Source: an uncultured Nitrospinota bacterium
Lineage (GTDB): Bacteria; Tectomicrobia; Entotheonellia; J063; CAVPRW01
DNA length: 64,000 bases
Direction of reading: 5' to 3'
Assembly (NCBI GenBank): GCA_963707985.1
Contig: CAVPRW010000015.1
Coordinates: 1-64,000, forward strand
This document shows, piece by piece, positions 20,919-31,268 of the stretch (position 1 is its first letter; every line of letters starts with the position of its first letter). The position numbers and the translations under genes were made by a program. The notes beneath the pieces were generated by a model, which was not told where the DNA came from, made no database searches, and saw nothing but the letters and a program-made list of their open reading frames with translations.

Positions 20919-21816
20919 TCACGCATGAGGTGCTGTTGGGGTCCTGCTGTCTCTCTCGGTCGTTGCCGCTTCCACTTCGTAATATTCCGGTAAACTGATG
21001 AGCTCCTCGACACGCCGCCGCAGCTCGGCCACCCGCTGGGCGGTGATGTTCAGTAGGCCAGTGTCTTTGAGATGCTGATAGGTCTCCATCAGCGCATTCG
21101 CCGCCACGATTGCCGGTGTGGTGGCGTAGATCATGATTTGATACCCCAAATCGGCATATTCCTGCACGGAGATGTCATCGGCACCAGCGATGACCACCAA
21201 TGGCACCCCAGGAACTTCCTTGCGGAAGAATGCCAGATCCGCTCTCTCCCGCACACCGCGAGGCATGATCGCGTCGACACTCAGCTCTTTGAGGGTCATG
21301 CCGCGACGGACCAACTCTTCTCGACTCCCTTCGACGGCGCTAAACGCATCCGTGCGCCCGATGATGAGGAAACTCTGGGTCACGGCGGGCTTTCAGGGCG
21401 TAACTCATGCGCTCGACGAATTCCTGGAGTGGGACGATGTGCTCCAAACCTTTGTGATACGAAGCGCGTTTAGGATAGACCTGGTCTTCGATGTGGATGC
21501 CGGCGATGCCGGCCGCTTCGAACTCGCGGACGCAACGCATGACGTGTAATGGATCACCATAGCCCGCTCCCGCGTCGGTGATCACCGGCAGCTCGACGGC
21601 ATGCGCCACCTTTTGCGCCACCTCGACTTGCTCCGTCAGCGTCAACAGCGGCTCTGTGATACCGGTATGGGCCCCAGTCATATACCCACCAGTATAGACG
21701 GCGGTAAAGCCCAAAGCCTGGACCACCCGCGCCGAAAGCGGGTCATAAGCCCCGGGAGCGACGATCGTCTCACCGCGTTGCAACCTGCTACGGAGGTCAG
21801 TTCTGACAGATAGCAT
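20919..21816 (-). CDS. Isocitrate lyase/PEP mutase superfamily enzyme (one frameshift near 21375)
   Basis: APGAYDPLSA, PVITDAGAGYG and GIHIEDQVYPKR, then FLIIGRTDA in the next frame. Confidence 0.88.
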
Positions 21817-21871
21817 CGTTTCTCTCCTGTCCACAGCGGATGTGACACCGCGGAGCGGCAGTCTGCACCCC

Positions 21872-22064
21872 CATACCCCCCCTCACAAGGGTAGGTTTTT
21901 TTAGACGCGACACTGACCCTGGGTCATTTCTCCCTCTCCCACCGGGAGAGGGCGGGGGTGAGGGGTCTTGTGCGATGACACTATCCAGCCCTCACCCTAA
22001 CCCTCTCCCAGAGGGCGAGGGGACGAAAAACCTACCCCAGAAAGCATACCCCCCCTCTCTCAAG
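21872..22064. repeat. Composite repeat element: inverted REP pair inside a 12-bp inverted repeat, bracketed by imperfect direct repeats
   Basis: Inverted repeat gggtaggttttt (21889-21900) / aaaaacctaccc (22026-22037). REP at 21932-21965 and inverted REP at 21989-22023. Flanks cataccccccctcacaag and cataccccccctctctcaag. Confidence 0.75.
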
Positions 22065-22159
22065 CATGACGGGTTTGGGCGAGTGACTATAGTGTGTCAG
22101 TACTCCAGACGTGGCCGTGTGTCAAGCAAAAGTCATCGGCTGCCCACGATGTATTCTCG

Positions 22160-22188
22160 TTGACGCCTTTCCCTATTCGCTCTACACT
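22160..22188 (+). promoter_or_regulatory. Sigma-70-type promoter
   Basis: TTGACG-17 bp-TACACT upstream of the LLM gene. Confidence 0.55.
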
Positions 22189-22307
22189 CGTACCTACGAT
22201 CGCTCGAGCCGAGGACCTGGGTAATCCTCGAAACGTGATCGTGTCACCGTTGCTCTACAGGCACGCCTGATGTCATGACAAAGGTCAACAGCGAAAGGAG
22301 ACAAGCT

Positions 22308-23337
22308 ATGGACTTCGGGATGTTCACTGACTTCCACATCCGCCCACACATGACGCAGGCGGAGGCGTTCGAGGAGTCTTTCAATCAGGTGGAGGCTGCG
22401 GAACAGCTGGGCATGGACGCTGTCTGGCTGGCCGAGCATCATTTTAGTCCCGACCGCTCCGTCCTCGCGTCCCCCATCGTCATCGCTAGTGCGATCGCAG
22501 CCCGTACCCGCAGGATACGGATCGGGTTGGCTGTGCAGGTTCTTCCCCTGACCAATCCGCTGCGTGTGGCCGAGGAGGCCGCAACCGTGGATCACATCAG
22601 CAAGGGACGCTTTAATTTCGGGATTGGACGAAGCGGGCTGACCAAGTACTACCAGGGATATAATGTCCCCTACGGCGAGAGTCGCGGCCGCTTTCTCGAA
22701 GCCCTCGACATCATCCTGAAGGCGTGGAAACAGGAGCAGTTCTCCCACGCCGGCAACTTTTTCTCCTTCACTGACGTGACCGTCGTTCCCAAACCGTTTC
22801 AGCAGCCGTATCCGCCCATCCGAGTCGCGCTGGCAAGTCCGGACACCTTTACGCTCGTGGGGGGTATGGGTCACTCTGTCTTTGTCAGTGCCAATACGCC
22901 GATTCCCCAGCTGCAAGAACGGCTCGATCTCTACCGTAAGGCGCGCCAGGACGCTGGCCACACCGGCCCAGCCGATATCGCTCTGCGCATTCCCGCCTAT
23001 GTGGCAGAGACCGCCGAGCGCGCCCGTACGGAGCCAGAGGCGAGCACGCGGCATGCGATCCAGTATGGGGCTCAAGAGCTTAGTGGGTTCGCCGCCAGCG
23101 AGGAGGCCGCCGAACGGCTGCAGCGCCGGGCCAGCATCCCGTACGATGACATCCTGAAACAGCGAGTGCTGTTTGGCACGCCGGAAGCTATTACCGATCG
23201 CCTGCAGGAGTATCAAGAAGTCGCTCGGCGTCTCCAGCGTGGTACTGGAAACGAACTATGGGGGCCAGATCCCTTACGACCGGGTCATCAATTCGATACG
23301 GCTGCTGACCGAAAAGGTTGTCCCCAAGTTCAAGTAA
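22308..23337 (+). CDS. LLM-class flavin-dependent oxidoreductase (frameshift near 23220)
   Basis: VWLAEHHF, RIRIGLAV, PLRVAEEAATVDHISKGRFNFGIGR and PKPFQQPYPPI. The natural C-terminus GVSSVVLETNYGG..IRLLTEKVVPKFK is in another frame. Confidence 0.9.
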
Positions 23338-23445
23338 GCAACGGATGTGTGGGGAAATGATCGTCTACGCGGCCAGGGTTATGGCGCACCGATCGCCGGC
23401 CGCGGTCGTCTCAAGCAACCTACAAGCAGAAAGGAGCAGACATCT

Positions 23446-24177
23446 GTGGCCATCCCGATCGCCTGGCAACCCGATCCGAGTGGGCCATCCACTCTCTGGC
23501 TAGTGGAGGGCGGCCAGCCGTCGCATCGGCTCTTTGCCGTCACCCTCGATCAGATGGCAACGGCTCAACCCCTCGTGCAACGCTGGGCAGATCAGGCCGA
23601 TTCCGTCCCAGAATTTCTGGAGATGCTGCACCTGGAGGATCTGATCGATTTGCCTACACTCCGCCGCATGCTGGCCGAGCACATGCCCCTGTATCGCATC
23701 TGGGCGCAACTCCGGGAGTTTTGCCGAGAGGCCGGTGACATCGGGGAGTTCCCCGCCTCGTGGATTGACATCGGGAGCTCGGCGGAGGCGTCTCCTGAGG
23801 TGGTGGTGCACTTGCCAGAGGCTCAGGTCGTCGAGGCGCTGGCGGCGTGGCGCCGGTTTGAGGGTGGCGAGCCACAAGCCCTCAATGATGCCAGTCTGGC
23901 CATGGTGGTAGGGGCTCTGGCAGGGCTAGCCGGACAACGGTTGGGACTCCCCTGGGAGGCGATGATGCATTTCGGGGATTGGCTCACCGGGCTGATTACC
24001 GGCTGGCTGGTGAGCCATGGGAACGAGGAACAGCTTTGGCAGTTAGAGAACCTCGCCGCCCAGGCAGCGGCTGGTGGGCCTCAGCACATTGGCCCGGCCT
24101 GTTATAATCCCGATGTCTGGCACGTCTATCGACCCGCGGTCGCTGTGGTGGTACAAGCCCTCCGAGAGGACGTCTGA
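23446..24177 (+). CDS. Hypothetical protein
   Basis: 243-aa ORF with RBS aaggag before a GTG start and protein-like composition. No motif recognised. Confidence 0.7.
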   Translation: MAIPIAWQPDPSGPSTLWLVEGGQPSHRLFAVTLDQMATAQPLVQRWADQADSVPEFLEMLHLEDLIDLPTLRRMLAEHMPLYRIWAQLREFCREAGDIGEFPASWIDIGSSAEASPEVVVHLPEAQVVEALAAWRRFEGGEPQALNDASLAMVVGALAGLAGQRLGLPWEAMMHFGDWLTGLITGWLVSHGNEEQLWQLENLAAQAAAGGPQHIGPACYNPDVWHVYRPAVAVVVQALREDV

Positions 24178-24337
24178 CAGGGCTGGCTAGGTTATAGCGC
24201 CTGAGATGGAACCTCACCCCGATGCCACAGCCTCATGGACTCCTCTGCCTCGGCGCAACGTCATATCATCATCACGCCGTGCAAGGAAGGTGAGCTCGGA
24301 ACGATCGGCACGCAGGCGATGGCATCGAGCCTAAGCA

Positions 24338-24988
24338 CTAGCGCACCGATACCAATGCCTTCAAACATTGTGCGCTGCTGTGAGGAGCTGATAGCACGGG
24401 CACCGAGGCCGCGCTTTGCAAATGCGATAACGCCGAGGCCATCGAGAATTGGGTCAGTAGCACGGCATCGACATGTGGCGCCAGCTTGTCAACCTCTTCT
24501 GCCAACCGTCGGCAGTATGCCGCCTCGCCTTCCCGGCGCTTGACAACCATAAGATCTTCCGCCAGCCGCGGATAGGTGTCCAGCGGCACCCCGGATTCTC
24601 GTGCCGCTTGCAGTAAAAGCTTCTCGGCATCCCGTAATGTGGCTGGTACTGCGGCGATCAGGCCAATACGGCGGCCAGCTTGGACTGCCTCAGCCATGAC
24701 CGGCCCATAAGAGGAGATGACAGGCACATCCACCACTCCTCGAACCATCTCCACCATCGGTGTATAGACCGAACAGGCCAACCCAATGGCCTGCGCCCCA
24801 TGCTCGGCACTATAACAAATCAGTTGAGTCATGCGCCGGCGTAGCGACGGCGTGAGTTGATCGCCAAAGTCGAGAAACAACCCCTCATCCAGGAGGTTGA
24901 CCAGCTCGGCTTCAGGAAACACTTCTTGGAACGCGAGCTTCGTGGGCGACATCGATTCCGCCACAGCATGAATCATGACCACACGCAT
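24338..24988 (-). CDS. Asp/Glu/hydantoin racemase-fold protein
   Basis: NLLDEGL, AIGLACSVY, RIGLIA, DAVLLTQFSM and PVLSAPHS. RBS gaggag. Confidence 0.8.
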   Translation of the reverse strand: MRVVMIHAVAESMSPTKLAFQEVFPEAELVNLLDEGLFLDFGDQLTPSLRRRMTQLICYSAEHGAQAIGLACSVYTPMVEMVRGVVDVPVISSYGPVMAEAVQAGRRIGLIAAVPATLRDAEKLLLQAARESGVPLDTYPRLAEDLMVVKRREGEAAYCRRLAEEVDKLAPHVDAVLLTQFSMASALSHLQSAASVPVLSAPHSSAQCLKALVSVR

Positions 24989-25102
24989 CTTGATCTCTCC
25001 TCACCCCAGTTGCCCTGGTTTGCCACACGATTCTCCATCCGACCGAGCGTGCGAAATGCCCCATGCATCCACAGTAGCCTCAGTAACCTCTGAGGTAACC
25101 TC

Positions 25103-25946
25103 TCAGGAACGGCGAGCATGCATCCCGGTCCCGGTGAGATAGTCGTACAGGTTGGCGACATTCATCCGCATGATCCTGGGGGCTTGCCCTTCTAGCCCAA
25201 CGTCCATCGGATAGCGATCAGTCAGCGCCGTCAGCTTCTCGATGGCCTCGATCCTTCGGGATGCCCTGGTCGATGGCCTTCTGCACATAGGCCTTCCACT
25301 CGAGAATGTACTCGCCCTGTTCATCCAGATAGCTCTTGTCACAGATGGCGCCATGGCCGGGGACGAAAATCTCCTCGTCCAGCGTCCTCAGCCCTTCCAG
25401 GGCCTCCAGCCACTGATCTGGGTTGGCCTCCTGAATGAAGGTCTGCACCTTGTAAAAGATATTGTCACTGGTGAAGACAACCCCCTCCTCTTTGATCAAG
25501 ATGGCCGCCTGATACAGAGTATGGCCGGGCATATGGATCATCTGAAAGGTGTGATCGCCCACATGCAACATCATGCCGTTTTGAAATGTGATGACTGGTA
25601 AGTTGGGGGCGTAATTTTCTAAGAGCTTGGGCTCGTCAGGGCCGAACGCTGCCACTCGTGCCAGATGCTGCTCCATATCCGTATTCAGAATGCGGGTCCT
25701 GACTCCTTCGTGGGCGATGACAGGGACCTGAAAGAAGGCGTTACCCGTCCAGTGGTCACCATGGGGTTCGGTATTGATGATATAGCGCAGCTGGCCGTGC
25801 CGGGCAATTTCCGCTTTCAACTTCATGGCATCGGTTGGCTTATGGGGGCTGTCGATCATGACGATGCCATCGGAGGTCGTGACAAACCCAAAGTTACAGC
25901 CTTTAACCTGTGTGTCGACGAACACATTGCTGGTGAGCTGTTGCAC
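25103..25946 (-). CDS. MBL-fold metallo-hydrolase (frameshift near 25250)
   Basis: INTEPHGDHWTGN, MPGHT, FTSD and VPGHG. The C-terminus EAIEKLTALTDRYPMD is in the next frame. Confidence 0.88.
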
Positions 25947-25993
25947 AGGACACCTCCCATTCACGTCTATGGGCCACATCAAAGATGCGGCGC

Positions 25994-26022
25994 ACTATAG
26001 AAATTCCCGCCAGGCTTGTCAA
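25994..26022 (-). promoter_or_regulatory. Sigma-70-type promoter of the MBL-racemase pair
   Basis: Minus strand TTGACA-17 bp-TATAGT. Confidence 0.65.
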
Positions 26023-26206
26023 TCTCCAATGCAAGGATCGGCGCTCAATCCTGCACACTACCCACATCCAGCCCCTCCCATAAACAGTGCTTGCCTTCGG
26101 AATGAGGACTTGGTAATCTCGCGCCCGATGTCCATGTCCTTGTCGACCTGTGTAGGCCCATCAATCCGTGGCCAGGTACGACCATGCGGTGGAAAGGCTG
26201 CGAACG

Positions 26207-27397
26207 ATGCCGGAGAACGGTCTCACTCTGCGCGATATATGCGTGCTCGACCTCAGCGAGGACATCGCTGGTCCTTTCTGTAGCAAATTGTTGGCCGGGC
26301 TGGGGGCCGAGGTCATCAAAGTTGAACGACCGGGCTCGGGGGATGTGTCGCGGCGGGCGGCTCCAAGTTCCGGTGAGACCCCTCATCTTGAGCAGAGCGC
26401 GCTGTTTCTCTACCTCAATACCGGCAAGAAAAGTGTGACCCTGGACGTCGAAAGCCAGACAGGCGCCACCATCGTCCGCCGGCTGGCCCAGGAGTGTGAT
26501 CTCCTGCTCGAGAGCTTTCCGCCCGGTTACCTGGATCGACTGGGATTAGGCTATGCTGCGCTGGCGGAGCTCAATCCGAGGTTGATCTATACCTCCGTCA
26601 CCGCCTTTGGCCAGTCAGGTCCATACCGCGAGCTCAAAGGCTCGGAGCTCATTGCGCAGGCGATGGGCGGGTTGATGCAAACCATCGGGCTGCCGGATCG
26701 CGAGCCCCTGAAAATCGGCGGCAATGCCGCCTCCTATACCACCGGGATGAGTGCCTTCTCGGCGACGATGATCGCTTTGTATGTGCGGGATGTGCAAGGT
26801 TACGGGCAGCATGTCGACGTCTCAGCCATGGAAACCATGGCAGTAGCGCAGATTCACTCTTCTATTCAGCACCAGTTCGGTCGCACCCCCCGCAGGCGCG
26901 AGAGCCCGCTGGTAGAGGCGAAAGACGGCTGGGTGAGCCCTGGTTTGGAGCGCGGCGTGCGCCAGGATACCTGGCCGCGAGTGTGCGACATGATCGGCCG
27001 CCCGGACCTCAAGGACAACCTGTCGTTCAGCACCCCCGAGGCCCGCCGCGAGCACCAGCAGGATCTGTTGGCGATTCTCAGTGGCTGGACCGCCACCCAG
27101 CCTAAAGAGGAGATTTATCACCTCCTGCAGGAGCTCCGCTCCGTCGCTGGGTATGTGGCTACAGTCGAAGACCTCTTCACCTCACGGCAATTGGTGGCAC
27201 GAGAGTTTTTCCAGACCATCGATCATCCCTCCGCCGGCAAGGCCATGTATCCAGGCGCTCCTTTTCGCCTCCAGGGGAACAGCTGGCGGCACGGCCGCGC
27301 CCCCTTATTGGGCGAGCATAATGGGGACATATACGGCGGCCGTCTGGGGCTCAGCACTGCGGATCTTGCACGCCTGCGTGGAGCGGGGACGATCTGA
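26207..27397 (+). CDS. Family III CoA-transferase (CaiB/BaiF), probably a non-catalytic subunit
   Basis: VLDLSEDIAGPFCSKLLAGLGAEVIKVERP, NTGKKSVTLD and APLLGEHN. No Asp at the usual position (GNAASYTTG). Confidence 0.9.
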   Translation: MPENGLTLRDICVLDLSEDIAGPFCSKLLAGLGAEVIKVERPGSGDVSRRAAPSSGETPHLEQSALFLYLNTGKKSVTLDVESQTGATIVRRLAQECDLLLESFPPGYLDRLGLGYAALAELNPRLIYTSVTAFGQSGPYRELKGSELIAQAMGGLMQTIGLPDREPLKIGGNAASYTTGMSAFSATMIALYVRDVQGYGQHVDVSAMETMAVAQIHSSIQHQFGRTPRRRESPLVEAKDGWVSPGLERGVRQDTWPRVCDMIGRPDLKDNLSFSTPEARREHQQDLLAILSGWTATQPKEEIYHLLQELRSVAGYVATVEDLFTSRQLVAREFFQTIDHPSAGKAMYPGAPFRLQGNSWRHGRAPLLGEHNGDIYGGRLGLSTADLARLRGAGTI

Positions 27398-27454
27398 TCT
27401 TTCTCCGCCGCGTGTCGATGCGTCTACACATGACGAGAATGATGGGGAAAAGCG

Positions 27455-28729
27455 ATGACGCAGCCAGGCCTGGAAGGGCTTCGTATCCTGGACATGACAC
27501 AGATCGCTGCCGGGCCTTATGCCACGCTCCTGCTCGGATTCATGGGGGCTGAGATCATCAAGGTGGAGTCCTGCTCACGGATGGATATCAACCGCGGTCT
27601 GGCCCGGCCAACGCCGGAGACGTATCGCATGTATCCTCAAGGCATCCCCGGCGAGCGGCCGTGGAACCGCTCCGCACACCATATCCACCGCAATGGCAAC
27701 AAACGGAGCGTCACCCTCGACCTGGCCAGTTCTCAGGGCAAGGAGCTGTTTCTGAAGCTCGTGGCCATTTGCGACGCGCTGATCGAGAACTACCGGGCCT
27801 CGGTCTTAGACCGGCTCGGGCTCGGATACGCTCAGCTGAGCGCCGCCAATCGCCAACTGGTATATGTCAAGATCAGCAGCCAGGGTGCGACCGGTCCTGA
27901 AACGGAATACGGCTCGCTCGGTTCGACGTTAGAACAGACCGCTGGCCTGGCCTCGATCACCGGCTATATGGACGGCCGGCCCTTGATGACCAACGAGACC
28001 TATCCCGACCCGGTGGTGGGCATCCTGGCGGTAGGGGCACTGATGGCCGCCTTGCGACGCCGACGCCAGACCGGCACAGGCAGCTTCATCGATCTATCGC
28101 AGCGCGAGGTCGCTGTCACCTTGTTAGGTGAAGCGGTGGTGGACTACTCGCTCACGGGACGGGTGGCGTCGCCTCTTGGCAACAGGCATCCGTGCATGGC
28201 GCCGCACGGCGTCTATCCCTGCCAGGGGGATGATCTGTGGGTGGCCATCGCCGTTGGCTCCGATGCTGAGTGGCGCGGCCTCTGTCATGCCATCGGTCAG
28301 CCTGAGCTGGCTGACGATGCCAGATTTACCACACTGTCGGGGCGTTGGCAGCACCAACAAGCGCTGGACGATATCCTTTCCGGTTGGACCCGCGGACGGG
28401 ACCACTATGAGGCGATGCATATTTTGCAAAGCCACGGCGTCCCCGCCGGACCCGTGATCACGCCGGCAGAGGTCATCGCCGAGCCGCATCTGGAGGCTCG
28501 GGGGTTCTGGGATGCGGTCGACCATCCGGAAGCCGGGCCATATCGTCAGGTCAGCACGCCCTGGAAGCTATCTCGATCGCCCAGATGTGTCACCAGTCCC
28601 GCTCCTGGCCTGGGCGAGCACAACGGCTACGTGCTTGGTGAGCTGCTAGGGCTGTCGGCCCAGGAGATCGCCACGCTCGAGGCGCAGGGTATTATTGGTA
28701 CTCAGCCTATCGGCATGGATGAGCCTTGA
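27455..28729 (+). CDS. Family III CoA-transferase (CaiB/BaiF), catalytic-type subunit
   Basis: ILDMTQIAAGP, NGNKRSVTLDL, YPDPVVG (Asp retained), GNRHP, APHGVYPC and APGLGEHN. Confidence 0.92.
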   Translation: MTQPGLEGLRILDMTQIAAGPYATLLLGFMGAEIIKVESCSRMDINRGLARPTPETYRMYPQGIPGERPWNRSAHHIHRNGNKRSVTLDLASSQGKELFLKLVAICDALIENYRASVLDRLGLGYAQLSAANRQLVYVKISSQGATGPETEYGSLGSTLEQTAGLASITGYMDGRPLMTNETYPDPVVGILAVGALMAALRRRRQTGTGSFIDLSQREVAVTLLGEAVVDYSLTGRVASPLGNRHPCMAPHGVYPCQGDDLWVAIAVGSDAEWRGLCHAIGQPELADDARFTTLSGRWQHQQALDDILSGWTRGRDHYEAMHILQSHGVPAGPVITPAEVIAEPHLEARGFWDAVDHPEAGPYRQVSTPWKLSRSPRCVTSPAPGLGEHNGYVLGELLGLSAQEIATLEAQGIIGTQPIGMDEP

Positions 28730-28822
28730 TCCATGGCAACAGATGTCCACACGCGTTCTGAGCCCTCCACCATAGGGCCTGTCTCGATGTGCCTCACCGC
28801 CGGAGCCAGGGAACTTCGTCTG

Positions 28823-30146
28823 CTAAAAAAGGACCTCCAACCCCAAGCCGATATACGCTGACTTGGACACATTATTGGACCCGGCAAATCGATTCCTGTA
28901 GGAGAGAGAGGTGGTCAGCGGCAGGGGAAATTTTTTCTGCAGATAGAGAGGGAATGTTGAGTAGGCTAGGCCAACGATGAAAATCTGCTCCGTGTAGTCG
29001 GTTTCATCCTCGAGAGAGCTATAGGTGAATCCTTGATTACCCGATACATGATCCTTCAGCTTAAACCCATATTTATACAGGGAAGAGAGGGTGAATCCGG
29101 TGAGAAAGTTATACTTGGCTGAGGCCTCAAGTTCGATGATGTCCCCAAGATCTCTACTGACGTTCTCTTTATTGGTCGTCAGAGGGTTATCGACGTGATC
29201 CGGAACCCGCTTGACCTGCTTGTCGGGAAGCACGAGATCATAGCGGATCGTGCCATTGAGGACGACGGTGCCTGGGGCGGTTCCTGTCGCCCGACCTCCT
29301 AAAGTTTCTTCGGACGTGGTATCCTGTGTACCCCGCCAGAGGCTACTGATGGCATAGTCATGATTGAACCGAAACAGCAGCGCGTATGCCCCACTTCCGA
29401 ATCCGTAATCGGTGAGATTATCGGGGTCATCAACGCTGCCCGTGGGAAACCGGGCCCCTCCGGTAAATGCCAATAGCCACGCATCTGTCCGAAGATATTG
29501 ATATCTGAACCCAGCCTCGAAGTCTCCCGGCCCATGATCTGAGAAGCTGTCGAAGCGCTTGAATCCAAACCCGGGAATGCCGGGCAGACCGGGCCCGAGC
29601 AGCTGCCGGATGTCCTCAGTTGTGACAGGCACGCCGCCGCGCGCAAGCGGTGCAAGGGGGGGCTGTCCAGGCCTACCGAAAAAGGGATTCAACCCTACAT
29701 TGGCGCTCGATCCCGGGTCCGGAATTCAAACGTCCCCTGACGGTATTCGTGAGCCACCAGTAAGGAAGACGTACACCGGCCGTGATTCGATCGGTAATCC
29801 CATAGTTAGCCTCGAAATACAGGATCGTAAGGTCATAGTCAAAAGACACTGTGGTATCGCCAAGGCTCGCCGTACCGCCCACCAGTGGGCTCAGGGGAGC
29901 TAAGGCCGGAAAGATGCGGCTATCGAGCGAGGTGTTGAAGTCTGTGGCAATATCCTCAACATCCCCATTGGGGTTATAGCGCTGATTGAAGGGGAGGTAA
30001 AAGTTGCTCGCAATGCTGACCCGCGACACGCCTCGGGGTAATACTATAGCGTCATCAGCGTGAGCGATAGGGAATGGCAAATGGAACAGCAACAGCACCA
30101 GGAGGTTGACGCGGATCGCCTCTCTCATCGTCACCGAGAACTTCAT
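28823..30146 (-). CDS. Putative outer-membrane beta-barrel protein (MetA/transporter-like); frameshift near 29700
   Basis: Signal peptide ending IAHA-DD. YGITDRITAGVRLPY, GPGDFEAGFRYQY and GARFPTG..DDPDNLTD. C-terminal GLEVLF beta-signal. Confidence 0.7.
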
Positions 30147-30181
30147 CCAGCTTCTCCTCGACGGAGACGGCTATGGCGCTG

Positions 30182-31074
30182 TCATGTCTGGCGCTCTAGG
30201 ATGTCCGCAGCAAGGGTCTCCAGTTCGGCCGTCCAGTCCGTAGGGGGCGCCGCCGGCCGCAGGAGAAACTTCGAGAACCCGACCGCCAGCCACTCGTCGA
30301 CGCGTTCGTGCAAGGCTGCGCGACTCTGCGGCACGAGGTCCGTCAGGGTCGAGGTCTGGACGACGGCGTCGCAGTCGCTCGACCACCGCCGCCGGCAAGG
30401 GGCCACGGCTGTATGTGAGGTTGACACCGAAGTGCTCCGGATCGATGGTGCGCCCGGCCTCGGCCGCCGCCGCCTCGATGCGTCCACGTTTCTCCAAGGC
30501 CTCGCTGGGCGTGAGGAGACCGGGAATCCACCCGTCGCCCAGGCGTCCGGCCCGACGCAGCGCCCCTGGGATCTGACCACCCAACCACATGTCGAGCGGC
30601 ACTTGCACGGGTGTCGGGGTGAGGCGTGCGTCACGCAGCTGATAGCGTGGGCCATCGTGGTGCACGACTTCGCCACTCCACAAGCGCCGCAGCAAGGGGA
30701 GTCATCTCGTCCAACAGCGCACCGCGCTCAGCTTTGTTGACGTCCTGGGCCATCACCTCCGGTGCGTCGGGCTGGCCCAGGACCATGATCAGCAGCAACC
30801 GCCCGCCGCTGAGCCGGTCCAGATTGGCAAGCGCACGGGCCAGTCGCACCGGGTTGCGCCCAGGCACGATGACGTATGCGCCGAGTTTCAGACGCTCGGT
30901 ACGCGCGGCAGCGTGGGCCAGTCCGATGAGTGGATCGAAGGGGCCGTTGAGCATCAGCTCGGGCAGCCAGATCGAATCGAACCCCAGCCGTTCGAGATCA
31001 TCAACCAACTGGGGGAAGTCGTCAAGTGCCAGGTCCGCCTGGCCTCGACACGTGAATCCGAAACGGACCTTCAT
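30182..31074 (-). CDS. LLM-class flavin/F420-dependent oxidoreductase (two frameshifts)
   Basis: GFDSIWLPE, AARTERLKLG, LDRLSGGRL, LRRLWSGEVV and DMWLGG..ALRRAGRLGDGWIP across three ORFs. Confidence 0.85.
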
Positions 31075-31268
31075 GGTGATCCCTCCGTGGCGCCGCTCTG
31101 GCGGGACGTCAATGACGGACAGATGAACAAGCTTCTCCCTCTCAGGTGGGCCTTCACTTGGGATTCAGCAACGGGTGCGGGAGCCGAATTACCAACCAAT
31201 GCACAGCTTGGAGAGGTGTGCGATGCCCGGTGCCCGGGCATCGCCATGACTGCAGCGCACTCAGCCGC

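Noticed and set aside
20919..21816. prpB or aceA assignment
   Set aside because: The KxCGH catalytic loop is absent and there are no prp or glyoxylate-shunt neighbours.
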